Origin: Antedon mediterranea
Taxonomy: Eukaryota > Animalia > Echinodermata
Length of the DNA stretch: 64,000 nt
Direction: 5' to 3'
NCBI RefSeq assembly: GCF_964355755.1
Contig: NC_092675.1
Location: 4,397,812-4,461,811, forward strand
Each line of letters starts with the position of its first letter. The first letter of the stretch is position 1. The notes beneath the pieces were generated by a model. The model did no database searches, was not told where the DNA came from, and saw nothing but the letters and a program-made list of their open reading frames with translations. Both the position numbers and the translations under genes were made by a program. Below are positions 32,798-46,740 of the stretch, one piece after another.

Positions 32798-33671
32798 AAA
32801 GATCCGATCTTTGTTGACTTTCTGTACATCATAATTATATACTCAGTGTGCTGTTCGAAAGAATTGGTATATCGTACCCGTCGAGGGTAAGCCTACAATA
32901 CAACTGACATCGTTAGCATGATGACTAACTACGTGGAATATGGATGGCGACAATTACAATAATGATACATTTTGTTGTTTGCTGTTCTTTCGCTTTTCCA
33001 TTACTTAAAAACAGCTCCGTGAAACGGAACTAGTGCAGGTGCTGCTGAAAGCTACCTTAAATACATTTGAAAACGATTTTAGCGTTATATAATGCTAGTA
33101 GTCACAACCTTTAACTTTGTCACAAAAACTTTGTCACAAAAATGTTTAAAAGAAATAGTTTCGCCATCTGAAATGCCAAAGCTATTTCTTCACTTGGCAA
33201 CACTTAACCATGTATTTTTTGGTGTATAACAAGTATGGTGTAATGTAGGTCTAATTAATAAGCAAAATAGTGATAAGAATTTAACTTTTCTTGTTTTTAT
33301 AATTAACACAAAAACATTTTCTGCAATTCTTGTTTAACTTTTCATTTGTAGCAAAGCAGATGTCCTGATACTGATTCTGCCGTTTTATAGATAGATACAT
33401 ACTGTGTAGTTTAAGAAATAAATGTCATCGTCGAGTTATAAACATACGACAGTCTGAATCTCGTTGGGACTGCTATTAACATTTAGGAATAAATAAATAA
33501 GGTTTAATTACTAACTAACCTAACTTAAAACTGAGGGTGAAAAGTTGCAGCTGTTCGCAGGGCTTTCATAATTCGGCGTATGGTACACTCAGTAATTCTG
33601 AAACATGACTTCTAGTGAAAAGCATGTGAAATAAAACTATACTTGTGGCAAGTCTAATCTTTTGTCTCTTA

Positions 33672-33787
33672 AGCTCTGTCTACATGATCAAACTAGTTAA
33701 AAAAGTGTGATGTGTCCAAATAAGGTAGTGTTATGTCCAAATATAGGCACATCACATTTTTGTCACATGAAGTTTGATAGTGTAGCT
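33672..33787. mobile_element. MITE family A, internally deleted
   Basis: Left TIR and partial core. Confidence 0.75.
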
Positions 33788-35729
33788 TTATGCTTTGCTT
33801 CATATTTAATATTAGACGCAGGCACTGATAGTTGTTATTTATTTATTGAAAATATATTGCTTTTAGGTTAAGGTTCTATCTTTCAAAACGTTGAAAAAGA
33901 GAGCTATTTAAGAATGTTGCAATTTGATTTAAACTGCTGTGTTTGTATATTATATTCATTTATGATTTTGTTTAGGTCGATATTTTGTTTAGGTCGATAT
34001 TTTTCTATATATAAACACATATGTATAGAGAGACAGAGAGTACGTTTTCTGCATGTATTTTTATGAGAGTTTTAGGAGAAACAAACAAATTATTTTTCTA
34101 GCGAATGTGATGAGTAAAGTCACTTGACAGTAGGGGCCTATTTAGCCTACTATGTTGTTATCCCTGGACAATATTGCACAAATGTTTTATTGTTGAAACT
34201 TTGTGTTATAGATCCGTACCATTGTAACCCGTCAGTTTATTGTAGACTCTGTATTTTGTTTAGCGACAATTTAACAAAATTTGTATTGTAAATTTGTACC
34301 CGGTATGGGTTGTGTTGAAAATTAAAATCGGTCTTAGCTCTCACATTAGAAAAGGTTGACATCGTTACAACATTACTCACATATGCCTAATAGATGGTTA
34401 CAAAATTGGCTGGTGAAGGTCATTATTATTGTTTAGCGGTCTCTATTTCTAAAATTAAAATTGCTCATTTGCTGCAGATTATGGATTTAACAGGCCTCTT
34501 TGCCTACTTTTCATAAATTTAAATGAATGTGTAATTGATAGGCTAACAAATTCACGATACACAATTTCAATCACTACTGTATCTTAATTTAGAAGTAGGC
34601 CTAGCCTAGTTGTTCGTGGGATTAGGCAACAAATGCACATTGTTAGAAATAGTTATATAAGTATTTTTGTACGATGTTATTCCTCGTGTAAAACCGCAGT
34701 AAGCCTAGTACTAAAGTAGTAATTCGTCCAACTTGTATAATAGCAGTAAATAAACACTTGATTTCATCAAAACAACTCATAATTGATATTTTTTTTACTT
34801 ATAAGTAATATCAATTGAACGTAACTCAATAAAAATAGGGCCTTTTGGCCTACATAAATTTGGAATCATTGTATAATTTATCCGATCTCAGAGCTGTATC
34901 TCTATATACGACAGTATCACGGGAATATTCGGTTACAGCATCCTGTAGTAGCACATGTGGTGCCGTATCATGTAAGGTTAGGTAAGGGTTAGGTCTAAGA
35001 TACTAGCGATATATGTAAAACACACGTGACGCTGTATTGGGTATTTTACTATGATACTGAAGAAATCAAGACATTGTAGGCCTACCGAGAATCGGGTGGT
35101 ATATTTGTATATAAGTAATAAGCAATAAGATATAAAAACGTAATCTTTATTAACGTACAAATTAGCATTGGTTGATAACATTACTGCCTGCCAATAAAGC
35201 AGACAAATAAAAAAATTGTCTTGTAGATCGTCGAGGTTGTGTGTCCGCTATGTCAAATTTAAGACTAAAGAGATAACTGTAGCCATCTATAGGATACCTT
35301 TTTATTGGAGCCTTGTAAATCATCACATTTAGAATGTGCAAATTTTATGCTGAAAATGCTGAATAAATAGTAGATTAAGTTATTTGAAATTCTCATATTG
35401 TGTTTACACAGTTGAAAAAAAATTGAATAAATTCGCTTAAAAATATAAAACAATTTCCTTGTATTTTGTTTTCTGCACACAAACACATTGAAGACATAAA
35501 TAACTGCTACTAAAATGGTATTACAGTATTCATAATATTGAAGGAAACCACTAGAAATCGATGGATAGGGCCGGGAGGGGAAGAGGACATGAAATGATGA
35601 GAGAGGTGGGCAAAGTTTAATGATATTTTTACCTTGGTAATACAAAATGTTTGCTGCCACCTCTCGCAACGGCCAACAAGAGTATTTAACACATGTAATA
35701 CTATCAATAAATGTTTAATAATATATTTT

Positions 35730-36225
35730 ATAGTAATGATGATGATTATGTCATGCGGCTAGATAATGATGAATGATGTTGATAGTGATAACAAAGATAA
35801 TAATTATGATCCAAAACATGATGATGATTACGCGTGACGTCACTTGTAAAGCTTAAAGACCGAATTTCGAGTTTAGGCAGCCAGGTGGTGATGATGATGC
35901 AAATTGCCTATTGTGTGGACAATAACAAAAAATGATGATAACAATGTTATGTATAGTGTTGATTTGACAATTGACAATTTCAAATAATTAATGAAGGTAT
36001 ATGGTGATGATATAATCTATATCAAATGCCGTTGATAGATGATCAGAACATGGAGGATGTGCAATTAATGATGCCGACTATGATAGGCTGATGATTGATG
36101 AATCACCATGAAGACGACAAAAAGATGAATAGTATATTTATATGACGAGTAACAGTGATTATGATAGTGATAACGATGTTGATGAGGGTGATAATGATGA
36201 TGATATAGGAGTCTGATATGATGTC
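35730..36225 (+). repeat. Degenerate (GAT/ATG)n low-complexity region
   Basis: Repeated TGATGA/GATAAT words with stops in all frames. Confidence 0.7.
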
Positions 36226-38899
36226 AATTTTTGTCACTTGTCATGATAGACGGTGACAAAAATCTTGTAACATTGTGTTATTCCGCCCTCTATGTTACAA
36301 AATGCAAATTTGTTGTGGTTTTGAGTTTTGATTGTCAAGTGCAAAAAAATGGTATTAAATAGTCAAACTTCTCTTGCCGTTTTCGAGGTTTTCATGTCGA
36401 ATCGAGTGTGAAAATAAATACCAACTATTGGAATAATGGCTTTTTAAATGTATGGAAGTACTGAATTAATGAGGTGAGTATACCATCAGATTCATCACTG
36501 TTTTTTATATTTAAAACTAAATATTTAACAGATTTTTTGAAGTTCAGGTGGAGTTCTAACTTGGCCTTCTCGTCTGCTAAGTTTGTACACCTCTACCACC
36601 TGACAGTTCTGAAAGATGAAACCAGCCTTGTTAGGAAACGGGAGTTCATTGTAGGCCTAGGCCCATGCTATGGTTCATCAATGTACAAGTGTTTCGTTGA
36701 AAGCGAACTATCAAAGAAGATTGTGTAAACAATAATGTCAGACTGGTACTAACTAAGTAAGGCTAAGCCCTAGCTAGTAGTACTAAAGCCTAACTGTTTA
36801 TGAAATACAATTCTCTCAAGATAGTCTGCTTTTAGTTTTAAATATTTAAAAAAAAGGAATTAAATACAGTTATAATTTTGACAATTTATTAGTCATTTAT
36901 ATTGTTGTGCCATCTCGGAAACCTTCCCAGAATGTTTTAACTTTGTCTTTAATATATCAGCATCAGTGAAATTAAATGTTTTTCTTTTTTTCTGTACTTC
37001 TGTGCACTATATATTTAATGTGCTATATTTATGCGCCATATTTATATAATTAAGTCACGGAGTAACTAATTTAGTGACTTTAATAAGCTTGTTTTGTGTA
37101 ATGGTTATGTAACACATTAGAACACACCTCCTTGTCGTTTTTAAACGATTAATACAGAATCATGTAACACAGAATCAATCAATTAAAATTGGTTGATTTT
37201 GTGTTGTTTTTTTCTCACGTTTTCAACAATTGACTGTACTATATTGCACGCAAGTTTTTTGTAGAAAATTTTACAATGTCGTAGGCCTGAATAGTGTAGG
37301 ACTGGAAACCCACCTGTAGAGTGCGACATCTGAAACTGCTTTGTTCCCCCAGACAAAATATGAGCACCCCTCCTCTCCTCTTTTACAACCCAGTACACAG
37401 GCAAGATACAGAATGAAAGTCAAATACTCCTGTAATAGGTTAATGATCTAGGTCATTTTACTGGACATCTGACCAAACTCAACATAAGGAATATCTCTCA
37501 AGACAAAAATGGGCTTACAATGAGTGTCTAGAGAAGAGATACAAATAGGAAAATATTAATTAAATCATCATAAATAAATATACAGTATATTTCTAAGGGT
37601 TAATTTATTATAAGTATTTATTAAATTAAATGAATTATTCATACTACTTTGACAATCCAATGATTGTCAAGTTAAAGTGGCTGTTTGATTGACAAGTATT
37701 CAATGGTTTATTGGATTAGACTAGACAATGGCTTATGTACACATACGCAGAGGATTAAAGGATAGTGAAATTACTGTTAATTAAATTAATTCAATTGACC
37801 TAGATAAGTTTGTCCATTCCATGGGATATTTCTCAGAAAAAAATGGTGCCACTGTCGTTATAAAAAAAGAGACAAAGTGTGGCAGATGACCATGGCATTG
37901 AATATTTCATTATCTAAATTTTTATTTTATTAAGCTTTTAAAACGATTCAATGTCAAGTTTGCACTCAAGGTTATATACTTTCCTCTTAACTTTACTTTT
38001 TCCTTTTTTTAAAGGTTTAAAAATATAACTTTAATAACACAAGTTATTTTTTATTGTCGAGCGCATAGAGACATCGCTTATTTGCGCTATAAGTATATAA
38101 ATCTATCTATTATTATTATATTATTGATTTTTTATACTAAAAAAAATGGGGGGAAAATGTAACAAAAGAGATACAACATGCATGTGTTGACATACAAACC
38201 GACATTGTAACCAATTATAAATTATAAATTATTATTACTTTTTTTTTTTTTTTTTTTAATTTCATCATATAATACATTACAAAGGATAAAATCATAATAA
38301 AATAAAAAAATTAAAATTAAAATCACAAAAACAAAAACAACAAAGATATCCATCTAATAAATTAAATAACGGTTCATAAAAATTATTCTAATCTTTAATA
38401 ATTTCATATTTGATTTATAAATGCTTTTAATTGTATCCATTTTGTATTAAAAAGTATTATTACTTATGATATGCTCATATTTAATTTTGTAGATTATTTT
38501 TGTCATGCTCATGGGAGACCAACAAAACTAAAACTTTATAATCAGTTTCTAGTGAGTAAAAGAAAGCAAATCAATGAGCTGCATTGTTTTCAATTCAGAG
38601 GTTTGCTAGGAATTATAGTTTACTCATATGACAAGGTCAAACAATCTACACCCCACTGGTAACACTGCATCCTTTCCTATACTCAATACCTGTGCAGTTG
38701 TCCGTTAGACCACCATATTACACGTCATTCTTACGTCAAACTGTTCTTCGGTTACCAATTCTTAGAAAAAGACATCGTCAGAATTATAATCAATTGTTTT
38801 CATTTAGAATTAAGTGCAGATTTTGATTTCTTTTTAGGAATATTACAATGAAGGAATTATTAAAACCTCCAGTTATTTGCCCTTATATTATTTGTTTTA

Positions 38900-39056
38900 A
38901 GTTCTGTCTATCGAACTTTATGTGACAAAAAAATGTGATGTGCCCATATATGGACATGATGATGCCACATCACTACCATATTTAGGCACATCACTACCAT
39001 TTTTTAGCACATCATACTTTGTTTTGTCATACTAGTTTGATAGTGTAGACAGAGTT
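38900..39056. mobile_element. MITE family A
   Basis: Family TIRs and core. Confidence 0.85.
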
Positions 39057-39148
39057 TAACAAAGTTTTATGATATTTGCTCTCTGAGAAGTCACAAGTTT
39101 GAACTTTTTAATATATCTTTTTAACTCATTTTTTGAGAATATACAGTA

Positions 39149-39900
39149 CCGTATATTTTGGTGTATAAGTCACACTTTTGACATGCAAATTTGACCTCTA
39201 AATTAAGGGTGCGTCTTATACACCGAACATAAATGCCTCACCACACAGATTGTACATATCGTCACCTCGTTGGCTAGGCCTGAGTAGGCTAGGCCTAGCT
39301 ACAGTGTACTAACGTAACGGAAACCTGCTTCTGCCTAGTTTTCAAGGCATTTTAGCGTGATGTTATACTAAATATGATGAAAGGATTTGTTCATTATGGA
39401 GCTGTTTTAGGCACTCCGATAAAATTTCATTTGTAAACGTTTACGATTGGAATAGTATTTATTTTTATACGCACGATCGCCGACCGCCGTACCCTCAGCG
39501 CAAGCCTTCTTGGCAGCCACATGGTGTACGGTATTCGACTAGTATATTCTCCAGGTGATTATAGCATGGACCTAGCATACACACTTCTCCGATACATAGA
39601 TACTAATCGAATACGATTGTCCGTGAAAACGTGCGCCCTCTCGAAATGATCGATGTCGAGCGAAGCTAGCCCACACACGTGCGTGTTACACACACGGTCA
39701 TGCACTCGATGTTGCGGGTGCAAAACTCATGAATAACAAGTTAGAAACAACTTGTTGAGGCTGGGCGCGGCCGAGCCTAGGTAAGAAAAAACCTAAATAA
39801 AGTACGCCGTTGTAGATATAACAAAATACATTATTACAATAATATTGATTACAATTTAAAAAAACATTGTTTTGATGAAATATAAAGTGCGTCTTATACT
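39149..39900. mobile_element. Tc2/pogo-type non-autonomous DNA transposon relic, right end truncated
   Basis: TA-CCGTATATTTTGGTGTATAAGTCACAC terminus; subterminal GTGCGTCTTATAC near 39209 and again near 39887; CpG-rich interior. Confidence 0.6.
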
Positions 39901-41049
39901 TTTTTATTTTTTATTTTTTTAAATTTTATTTTAAGTACAATAAGTGGTCAAAAGGTCCAAGTTCACATTCTGATGAATCATTTTAATGGATAATTGTCTG
40001 AACAGTTTACAGTTGTGACATCTTTATTACATAAAACTGCTAGTGGATCTGCTGCCCCAGACAAAACAGCCACTCTTCCAGAGTGTACTGTCCTCATAAG
40101 ATATTATTGTCTGTTGATGTCATGCATCTACGATCCATCCCAATCCATCCTAACTCGTGTTCTTGATAAACCTGTCAAATAGAAAGTGAAATCAATTGAA
40201 ATAGTTGAAAATAAAAAAAACCCAGAATATTAGCACACCTGAAGAGATCAGTAACCCATGGTATAAATATTAAAGTCATCTATCTTGTAATCTGAAATAT
40301 ATTTAATATAATTGATATAGTTATGACAGCACTTCAGTTCATTGACATGCCAATCCTCTGTAGTTTATTTTTTCTCATCATATTTGCCAGTTTAGTTTAA
40401 AGGTGTCATCCAAGAATTTCATTTCGAACATTGTATCACTCTGTCAACTCATTTTGATGGAAGGACAAGCACACGATTATGGCTTGCCTTACTGTAATCG
40501 TGTGTCAGACTCGTATAAAGGTTAGTTTTGTGAAAACTCACCCAATCAGTATCAACATTTTTGCAATTTGGGGTATAATATTTGCTATTCGGATCACAAC
40601 GTATTTCACAGGCACTGATTGGCTGAGATGTGTCCTGTACCTATTGAAAATGCGGACTCAGTGTGACTAAACTAACTTGTTCACTCAACCGCATCACCGT
40701 TTTCAACTAATCATGTGAGGTATATAATGAATATAGCATACGTATCTCAATTAAATAGTTCTTGGGAATTTGGCCCATTTTGGCGGCCAATTAAATCTAG
40801 GTAATTTATTCACACATTTAAACCTGTTATTTCCTTGTAGCACCAAAGCCCTCTGATTGTGGATACTTTTTAATTTGCGTTCTCATCATGCGATTGCATG
40901 TCTGACTACAATTACAGGCGCATTATAAATGATTATATTGGAAAAGCAAAACTAACAAACACAAACAGTATATTGCTTGATTTATATCACTTTGCTATTA
41001 AACAGACTAACTTGTAAATCTTTTAAAATCTTGTCTCTATACTCCTGAG

Positions 41050-41380
41050 AAGACATATAGCACCTGACTGGCTAAGTTCAGGAAGGGGACTTACTCTGGG
41101 GACGAGTCTAGTTTGTTTATGGCATGCAATCTACTGTAAAAAAAATATTGTTTATAGTACAATTACACTTAACATTTTATTTAAATCAAGTTTTTTCATG
41201 TCTTCTTAAGAAGGAACATAGCACGCGAGTTTTTTATGTCTTCTTAAGAAGGCACATAGCACGCGACTGACAAGGTTCAGGAAGGGAATTGGCTCTGGGG
41301 ACAAGCCTAGTTTATGGTGTTGGTGACTTTTCACACCTGACTGAGTTTAGAAAGGGACTCGTTCTAGGGACAAGTGTAAA
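41050..41380 (+). repeat. Three degenerate units of about 60 bp plus a 30-bp partial duplication
   Basis: CACCTGACTG..GTTCAGGAAGGGA..CTCTGGGGAC(G/A)AG recurs at about 41061, 41259 and 41334. Confidence 0.7.
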
Positions 41381-41600
41381 AAGTAGTACAGTTACATATC
41401 ATGAATAATTCCAGTCAAATATTTCCATATATTTCAGTTGTCTGTTTCATGCTTACCTGGATAAGCAGACAATATACCACAAACTACCATCATCATGTTT
41501 TCATATGTTTACTGTGTACTATATATTAAAATAGAACAGTTACTAGGACGGTAAAATGAGTAATGCTTACAAGAATACACAGCCTAAATAGTCACATAAT

Positions 41601-41720
41601 ACAGAGAGCAAAAGTTGTAGCTTGGTGGTTAGGATGCTAGGCTACCGATTCATGAGTCCTTGGTTTAAATTCTGTCAGATGTCATAATTTTTTTTCTTAT
41701 GACAACTTCATTTTATGTAG
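41601..41720 (+). mobile_element. Copy of the tRNA-headed inverted-repeat element
   Basis: AGTTGTAGCTTGGTGGTTAGGATGCT..GGTTTAAATTCTGTCAGATGTCA-T-run-GACAACTTC. Confidence 0.6.
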
Positions 41721-41953
41721 AGCATTAGGACAGTGAAGAAATATGCAATTGACAGTCTTTGGCAATGTTCCTAAATAAAATAGAAATGATATATAGTAGT
41801 AGTAGTAGTAGAAGCTGCCAAGCAATGCTTTCATTTTGTATAAAAAGTGGGAAACATTTAGTATGAACATGCTGTTATAGGGCGAGGCAATGATAACCAT
41901 GACAATGGATTAAAATCATGTAATCTAAATTCTTTCTAGGTTTGCTCTCCATC

Positions 41954-42254
41954 ATGAGTGGGTCACAGTCTGAAGAAGGAGGGCCAAGTAATCGCAGCAT
42001 CCCACCAATACGAGTCCAAAGTGACACGCCATGTCCACCATCCAATGCTAACACACCAGTACCTAATACGCTTCTCAAACATGAGAATGTGGAAACGAAG
42101 AAGACGGCCGTAACAGCTGGCAATGTACAATTGCCAATCATTATGACGTATGGACATGTGTCCAACAATGGCCAACCGGCAGAGGCAACCGATCAACATA
42201 GGCTGAAGAAAGAGCATGGTGCAAACTCAAATTGTGCCGTCGTCGGAATTAAAG
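41954..42254 (+). CDS. Probable first coding exon of the GLIS gene
   Basis: Acceptor at 41938-41939, ATG in ATCATGA context, open frame MSGSQSEEGGPSNRSIPPIRVQSDTP...VVGIK, and a phase-1 donor at 42255 that matches the phase-1 acceptor of the exon at 60497 (implied intron about 18.2 kb). The link is inferred from phase only. Confidence 0.7.
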
Positions 42255-43176
42255 GTATAGATTACATTTTTATCTCAAGTATAAATATAATATAAAGTAC
42301 TTTTTTAGAACAAAACAGTTTCTGTTTCTATTCAAGTCCTTTGAATTATGAAGAAACAACTTATTTTTGATATTATTTCATATTACAGTAAAAGCCAGAT
42401 GTATAGATATTATATGGACTTTTCAAACAAACTACTATAAATTTAGTGATGTAGAAATAGAGCTTCAGATTGGTTTAGATGCCAAATCATAAAGTAAAGT
42501 GTAAATGGGTCTTTAGTTTGAAGATCACTCAGATCATACTAGCAATGAGAAGGCTTGTTGGATGGGTCTTCTAATAATGTCTTCAGTGAGTGAAAATGAC
42601 TCTCTACACCCGGTGCTTTCTGCTTTTCACCATATAGATTTTGTTATTATTTTCAAAAGTGCATGTTGCTATTAATAGACAAAATACACTCTTTCAACAA
42701 CCTCTCATAAACCTCTATTAATCAATGCTCTTAAGAAAACCATCAATCAACCATTAAATCAATTAATCAAAATGTATATTATAATACAATTGTCTTTATG
42801 TTCAAAGTTCTGTACATGAGATATGTCCAAAGCAATTATTGAATTTTATAATACTAGGCAAACCGTCTCTATGGTGGTTCTTGAATGGGCACATTTTTAA
42901 TACTGCAATTAATAACAATTGATTATTTTTGGAATAAAAAGGTTGATTTTCAACATATGTTACTCAAATTTTAAAACTTCATTAAACTATTATACAAAGA
43001 AATGTTTTGTTGCTTATCTGGCCCATGTCCAATTAAATGACTTTATTGCTTGCTTTTACATAAGTCTAAAAGTTTTTAAGATAATACTTTTTGCGCCACG
43101 CCTTCAGGCAGTTATATTTAAGAGAACAGAATCATAAGGAAACTGTATCACACACGAAGCTATATTACTACGATTG

Positions 43177-44208
43177 CAGTGGCGGATCTAGGATCTGACG
43201 AGGGGGGATGGCCCCGAGGCTCCGAAAATTTTTGAATAAATAGATGCTTACACACTGTTTAATAGGCTAGAGAAACTGTTTCCATCACACTTAATAACAA
43301 TAATGTAAATTTAAATACATCATTCCTAAATACTGTACGGATCTTTTTCGACGAACTAATAATAAACTTTGATCGAAAAACCTTCAAACAAAATGAACAT
43401 TTGGTAATGCGGTACTCCGAAAATGCCTCGATAGAGTGCATGTGTTGTGTACCATGTTTTGGTGGTCTGTTAACCTCAGAGATATATACCCTACAGCCGG
43501 GTGAATAACTCAATGTAATTTGGTATACAATGATCGCAGTAATCGCCGTGTCTATAACACAAATCAAAAAACGCCAAATACGCCACATACTTTTTTCGGC
43601 CGTCCCGTGTACATTTTATGTTTATTTTATGCCTATAAAATAATAAAAGAACACCATGTTTCTCGTTTATTTTTATCGTTTATACTGCATACCATAATAT
43701 TATACAAAAAACTTTCATGCGCGAGAAAAAAGTTCCCGATATTACGCTCCACTCAGGGGTGTAAATATACCACGCTAACGCTTGTGCACACACGGACCAG
43801 GGCGGCGGAAATTAACTGCAATGGAAAATGGTGTATTTTAGAGAGTGATGACGTCAGCATTCACACGAGGAGCGAGCTTGACAACGTGACGCTGGTAGTT
43901 TTAGGAGTGCGTGTGTTTTGAAAATGGGTATTTTCCGAAGATTGTAAATCATGTTTTCTTTTTAAACTCTTGAATTCATAATAGTAATTGAACTCTTAGC
44001 TCTTTCACTGTGTAGGCCTATTTACACACAACTATTAATGCTAACCCTAGCTCTAGTAGGGCCTAGCTAGGCCTACTCTTCTTATTTAAAAGATTAATCC
44101 ACGTCTAGCGACGGTCAATCGCGATTAGGTTGCATCTTTTTTTCTTTTTTTTTGAGAATTAAGGGGGGTGGCTAGCCACCCTATTCACCCCCCCTAGATC
44201 CGCCACTG
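43177..44208. mobile_element. hAT-like non-autonomous element with 5-bp TSD
   Basis: TIR CAGTGGCGGATCTAGG / CCTAGATCCGCCACTG; GATTG at 43172-43176 and 44209-44213. Confidence 0.85.
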
Positions 44209-45584
44209 GATTGACAGTTTTGAGAATTTGTAACTCGACCAATTTATAGGTCCATGCTGCTCGACCCATAGCACGTCTGGGAAAAGAGTTTATCAGGGCT
44301 CATGGTTTAAACATTTTGGATTCTCGCCCTTTGATTAGTTGACGTGAATAAACACACTGCAGAAACATTTTCTCAATTATTACATCAAAAAGTCGAGCAG
44401 AATAAAGAAATCTACATACTATTTTCTTTGGATTAACTGCAACATTGGCCTCTTAGCTTTTCAAGAGGAGAGAACGTTCAATATAAAAGTCATTAAATAA
44501 AAGTCTCTTCAATCCATGACCCCTGTAGGCCAACTGTGGATAACCATAAATACGAATATTGTACAGTATTTTTATGCAAAATCAAAGAAGGGACAAACAG
44601 AAAATAAAGGCATGTCATCCAATCTTGTTGTACAGACAGAATCTAATGATCGTTCATACTATATAATAGGTCAAGTGAATAAAATATTATATTGACAGTT
44701 CAGTACTCAATTATTGAATACAAGTGACCATGCGCTTGATAACGACCACATGGCTAGATAAAACAATGATTTCTAATATTGATATTATATAATATGGGAT
44801 ATTGGTAAAAATTGAGGTTCAGTTGTTTTAAATACAATTATCTTTATGCTCTGACAAGTTCTTATAATTGAGATTATAGATTAGGTTGTAGCAATTGGCA
44901 CGTAACACTAAATACTATATACAGAACCTTTGATCTAAACATATTGAGCAACAACGTACAAATCAAACTAACAAGGACTGTCCATTATATCATTCCTTAA
45001 AATTTATTTGATGCTAGTTGTAATATATTATTACTAGAAAGTACACTCATTTTGCTCGGTCACCCTCTAGTTAACTTGAACCGCACATTTGTGAAGAGCG
45101 TTCTGGCCAAAAATTTAGTAGACCATGTAATGGAGAAGCAATATCTTCCTTAATTAAAAAAATACCCATTATTAAGCCCTTCATTTACTATTTTAGACAA
45201 CCGCCCCCCCCCCCTTTTTTTTTTCTAAAATACTGAATCTCATGACATTTAATTACCCAACATATCTACAGTACAGAATTGAACGATTGAATCTAATAAT
45301 AAGAAATTAAACGTTACTTCCTTTTCTTACTCTTTATCTGGTAAGATTCTGATTTTGTTTCTCAAACATTTAATTATCAGTCTCTTCTCGTCACATTAAG
45401 AATAAACTTGATGATCTTCCGTATCCAACGGCGATGAGGAAGTTGATTAACATTCAATAAAGTAGAAAATAATCATATATTAGAACCACCTGCCTTGTTA
45501 GATATTTATTCTTCAGTTTATAATATTTTTGTAATGGTACAGTACCTATAAAGAGTGTGGGTGTTACTGCTACTTTTTACATAA

Positions 45585-45969
45585 TGCTCTGTCTACACTA
45601 TCGTGTATCCAACTTTATGTAACAAGTAATTGTGATGTGCTATATATGGTTCACGATGATGTCATATCACTACTATTTGGGTACATCACAATTTTTCTCA
45701 AACTAGTTTGGTAGTGTAAACAGAGCTTTACTAACACTTGAATCTAGAACTTTGAAGCCGTATTAAATTTTTTTAAATACATTTTTTACATAAAGCTCAG
45801 TCTAGACTATCAAACTTTATTTGACAAGAAATGATGTGCCCATATATGGACACAATGATGTCATATCACTACCATATTTGGGCACATCACACTTTTTGTC
45901 AAACTAGTTTGGTAGTGTAAACAGAGCTTTAATAACACTTGAACCTAGAACTTTGAAACGATATTAAAT
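45585..45969. mobile_element. Two MITE family A copies duplicated in tandem with their right flank
   Basis: Copies at 45585-45727 and 45794-45928 are each followed by TAACACTTGAA(T/C)CTAGAACTTTGAA..TATTAAAT. Confidence 0.85.
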
Positions 45970-46654
45970 GTAAATTTAACCCAGATCTTAGAGAAAGCAT
46001 GCGTTAAAATACTACGATGGACATGCAGTTTAGAAAGATCTTTGTATAGTTGTTGACCAGATCCCTGAAACCATGGAGGAAAAGGCTAAAACAAAGGCAA
46101 TATGTTATTCACCACACAACCACATTATTTCTCATAAATAGCCCAGAAATTCCCACCTTGAGTAGAAGTCTTTATCATCCCTGTTCACACTGCATTTGTT
46201 GGCAGCAATGTAGTCTGTGACATTCTTGCTCATTATTAAAAATCAGGTTAATTTTCTGGTCTATTAAAGATACAAAATAGTGTACAGCAGTATCTTGTCT
46301 TGGCCTTCGTCTTGCTGAACAAATACCAGATAGCAAGTGTCAATAGTTTTGGGTGAATTTGATAGATATTAATCATGCAAGTATTTAATACTAATGTCTT
46401 TATGCCGCAAGTTATGATAACACTATCATCAGGGGAGGGGAGAGAGCGCTTGGATTTAGTTATTAAAGGACAAGGTACTTTGACCCTTAGTCTTTATACT
46501 TGTCCATGAGTTTTGGCATATACCTTATATTATTCTATACAAATAAAGAAATAAATTACTTTTCTAATAATTGCTTATATATTTTTTACATAATCATGAA
46601 TTATTTTGTTATCACCTTTTTTTTTATCAAAACTTTTCACACATCCAAACCTAA

Positions 46655-46740
46655 AGTTCTGTCTACACTATCAAACTAGTTTGACAAAAAAGTGTGATGT
46701 GCCCATATACGGTAGTGATATGCCCACATATGGTAGTGAT
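46655..46740. mobile_element. Half copy of MITE family A
   Basis: TIR plus half of the core, breaking abruptly at TAGTCTGGGTTCCAGAC. Confidence 0.8.

Noticed and set aside
43259-43921. Transposase ORFs inside the hAT-like element
   Set aside because: Short, non-ATG starts, and no DDE, BED or dimerisation motifs.
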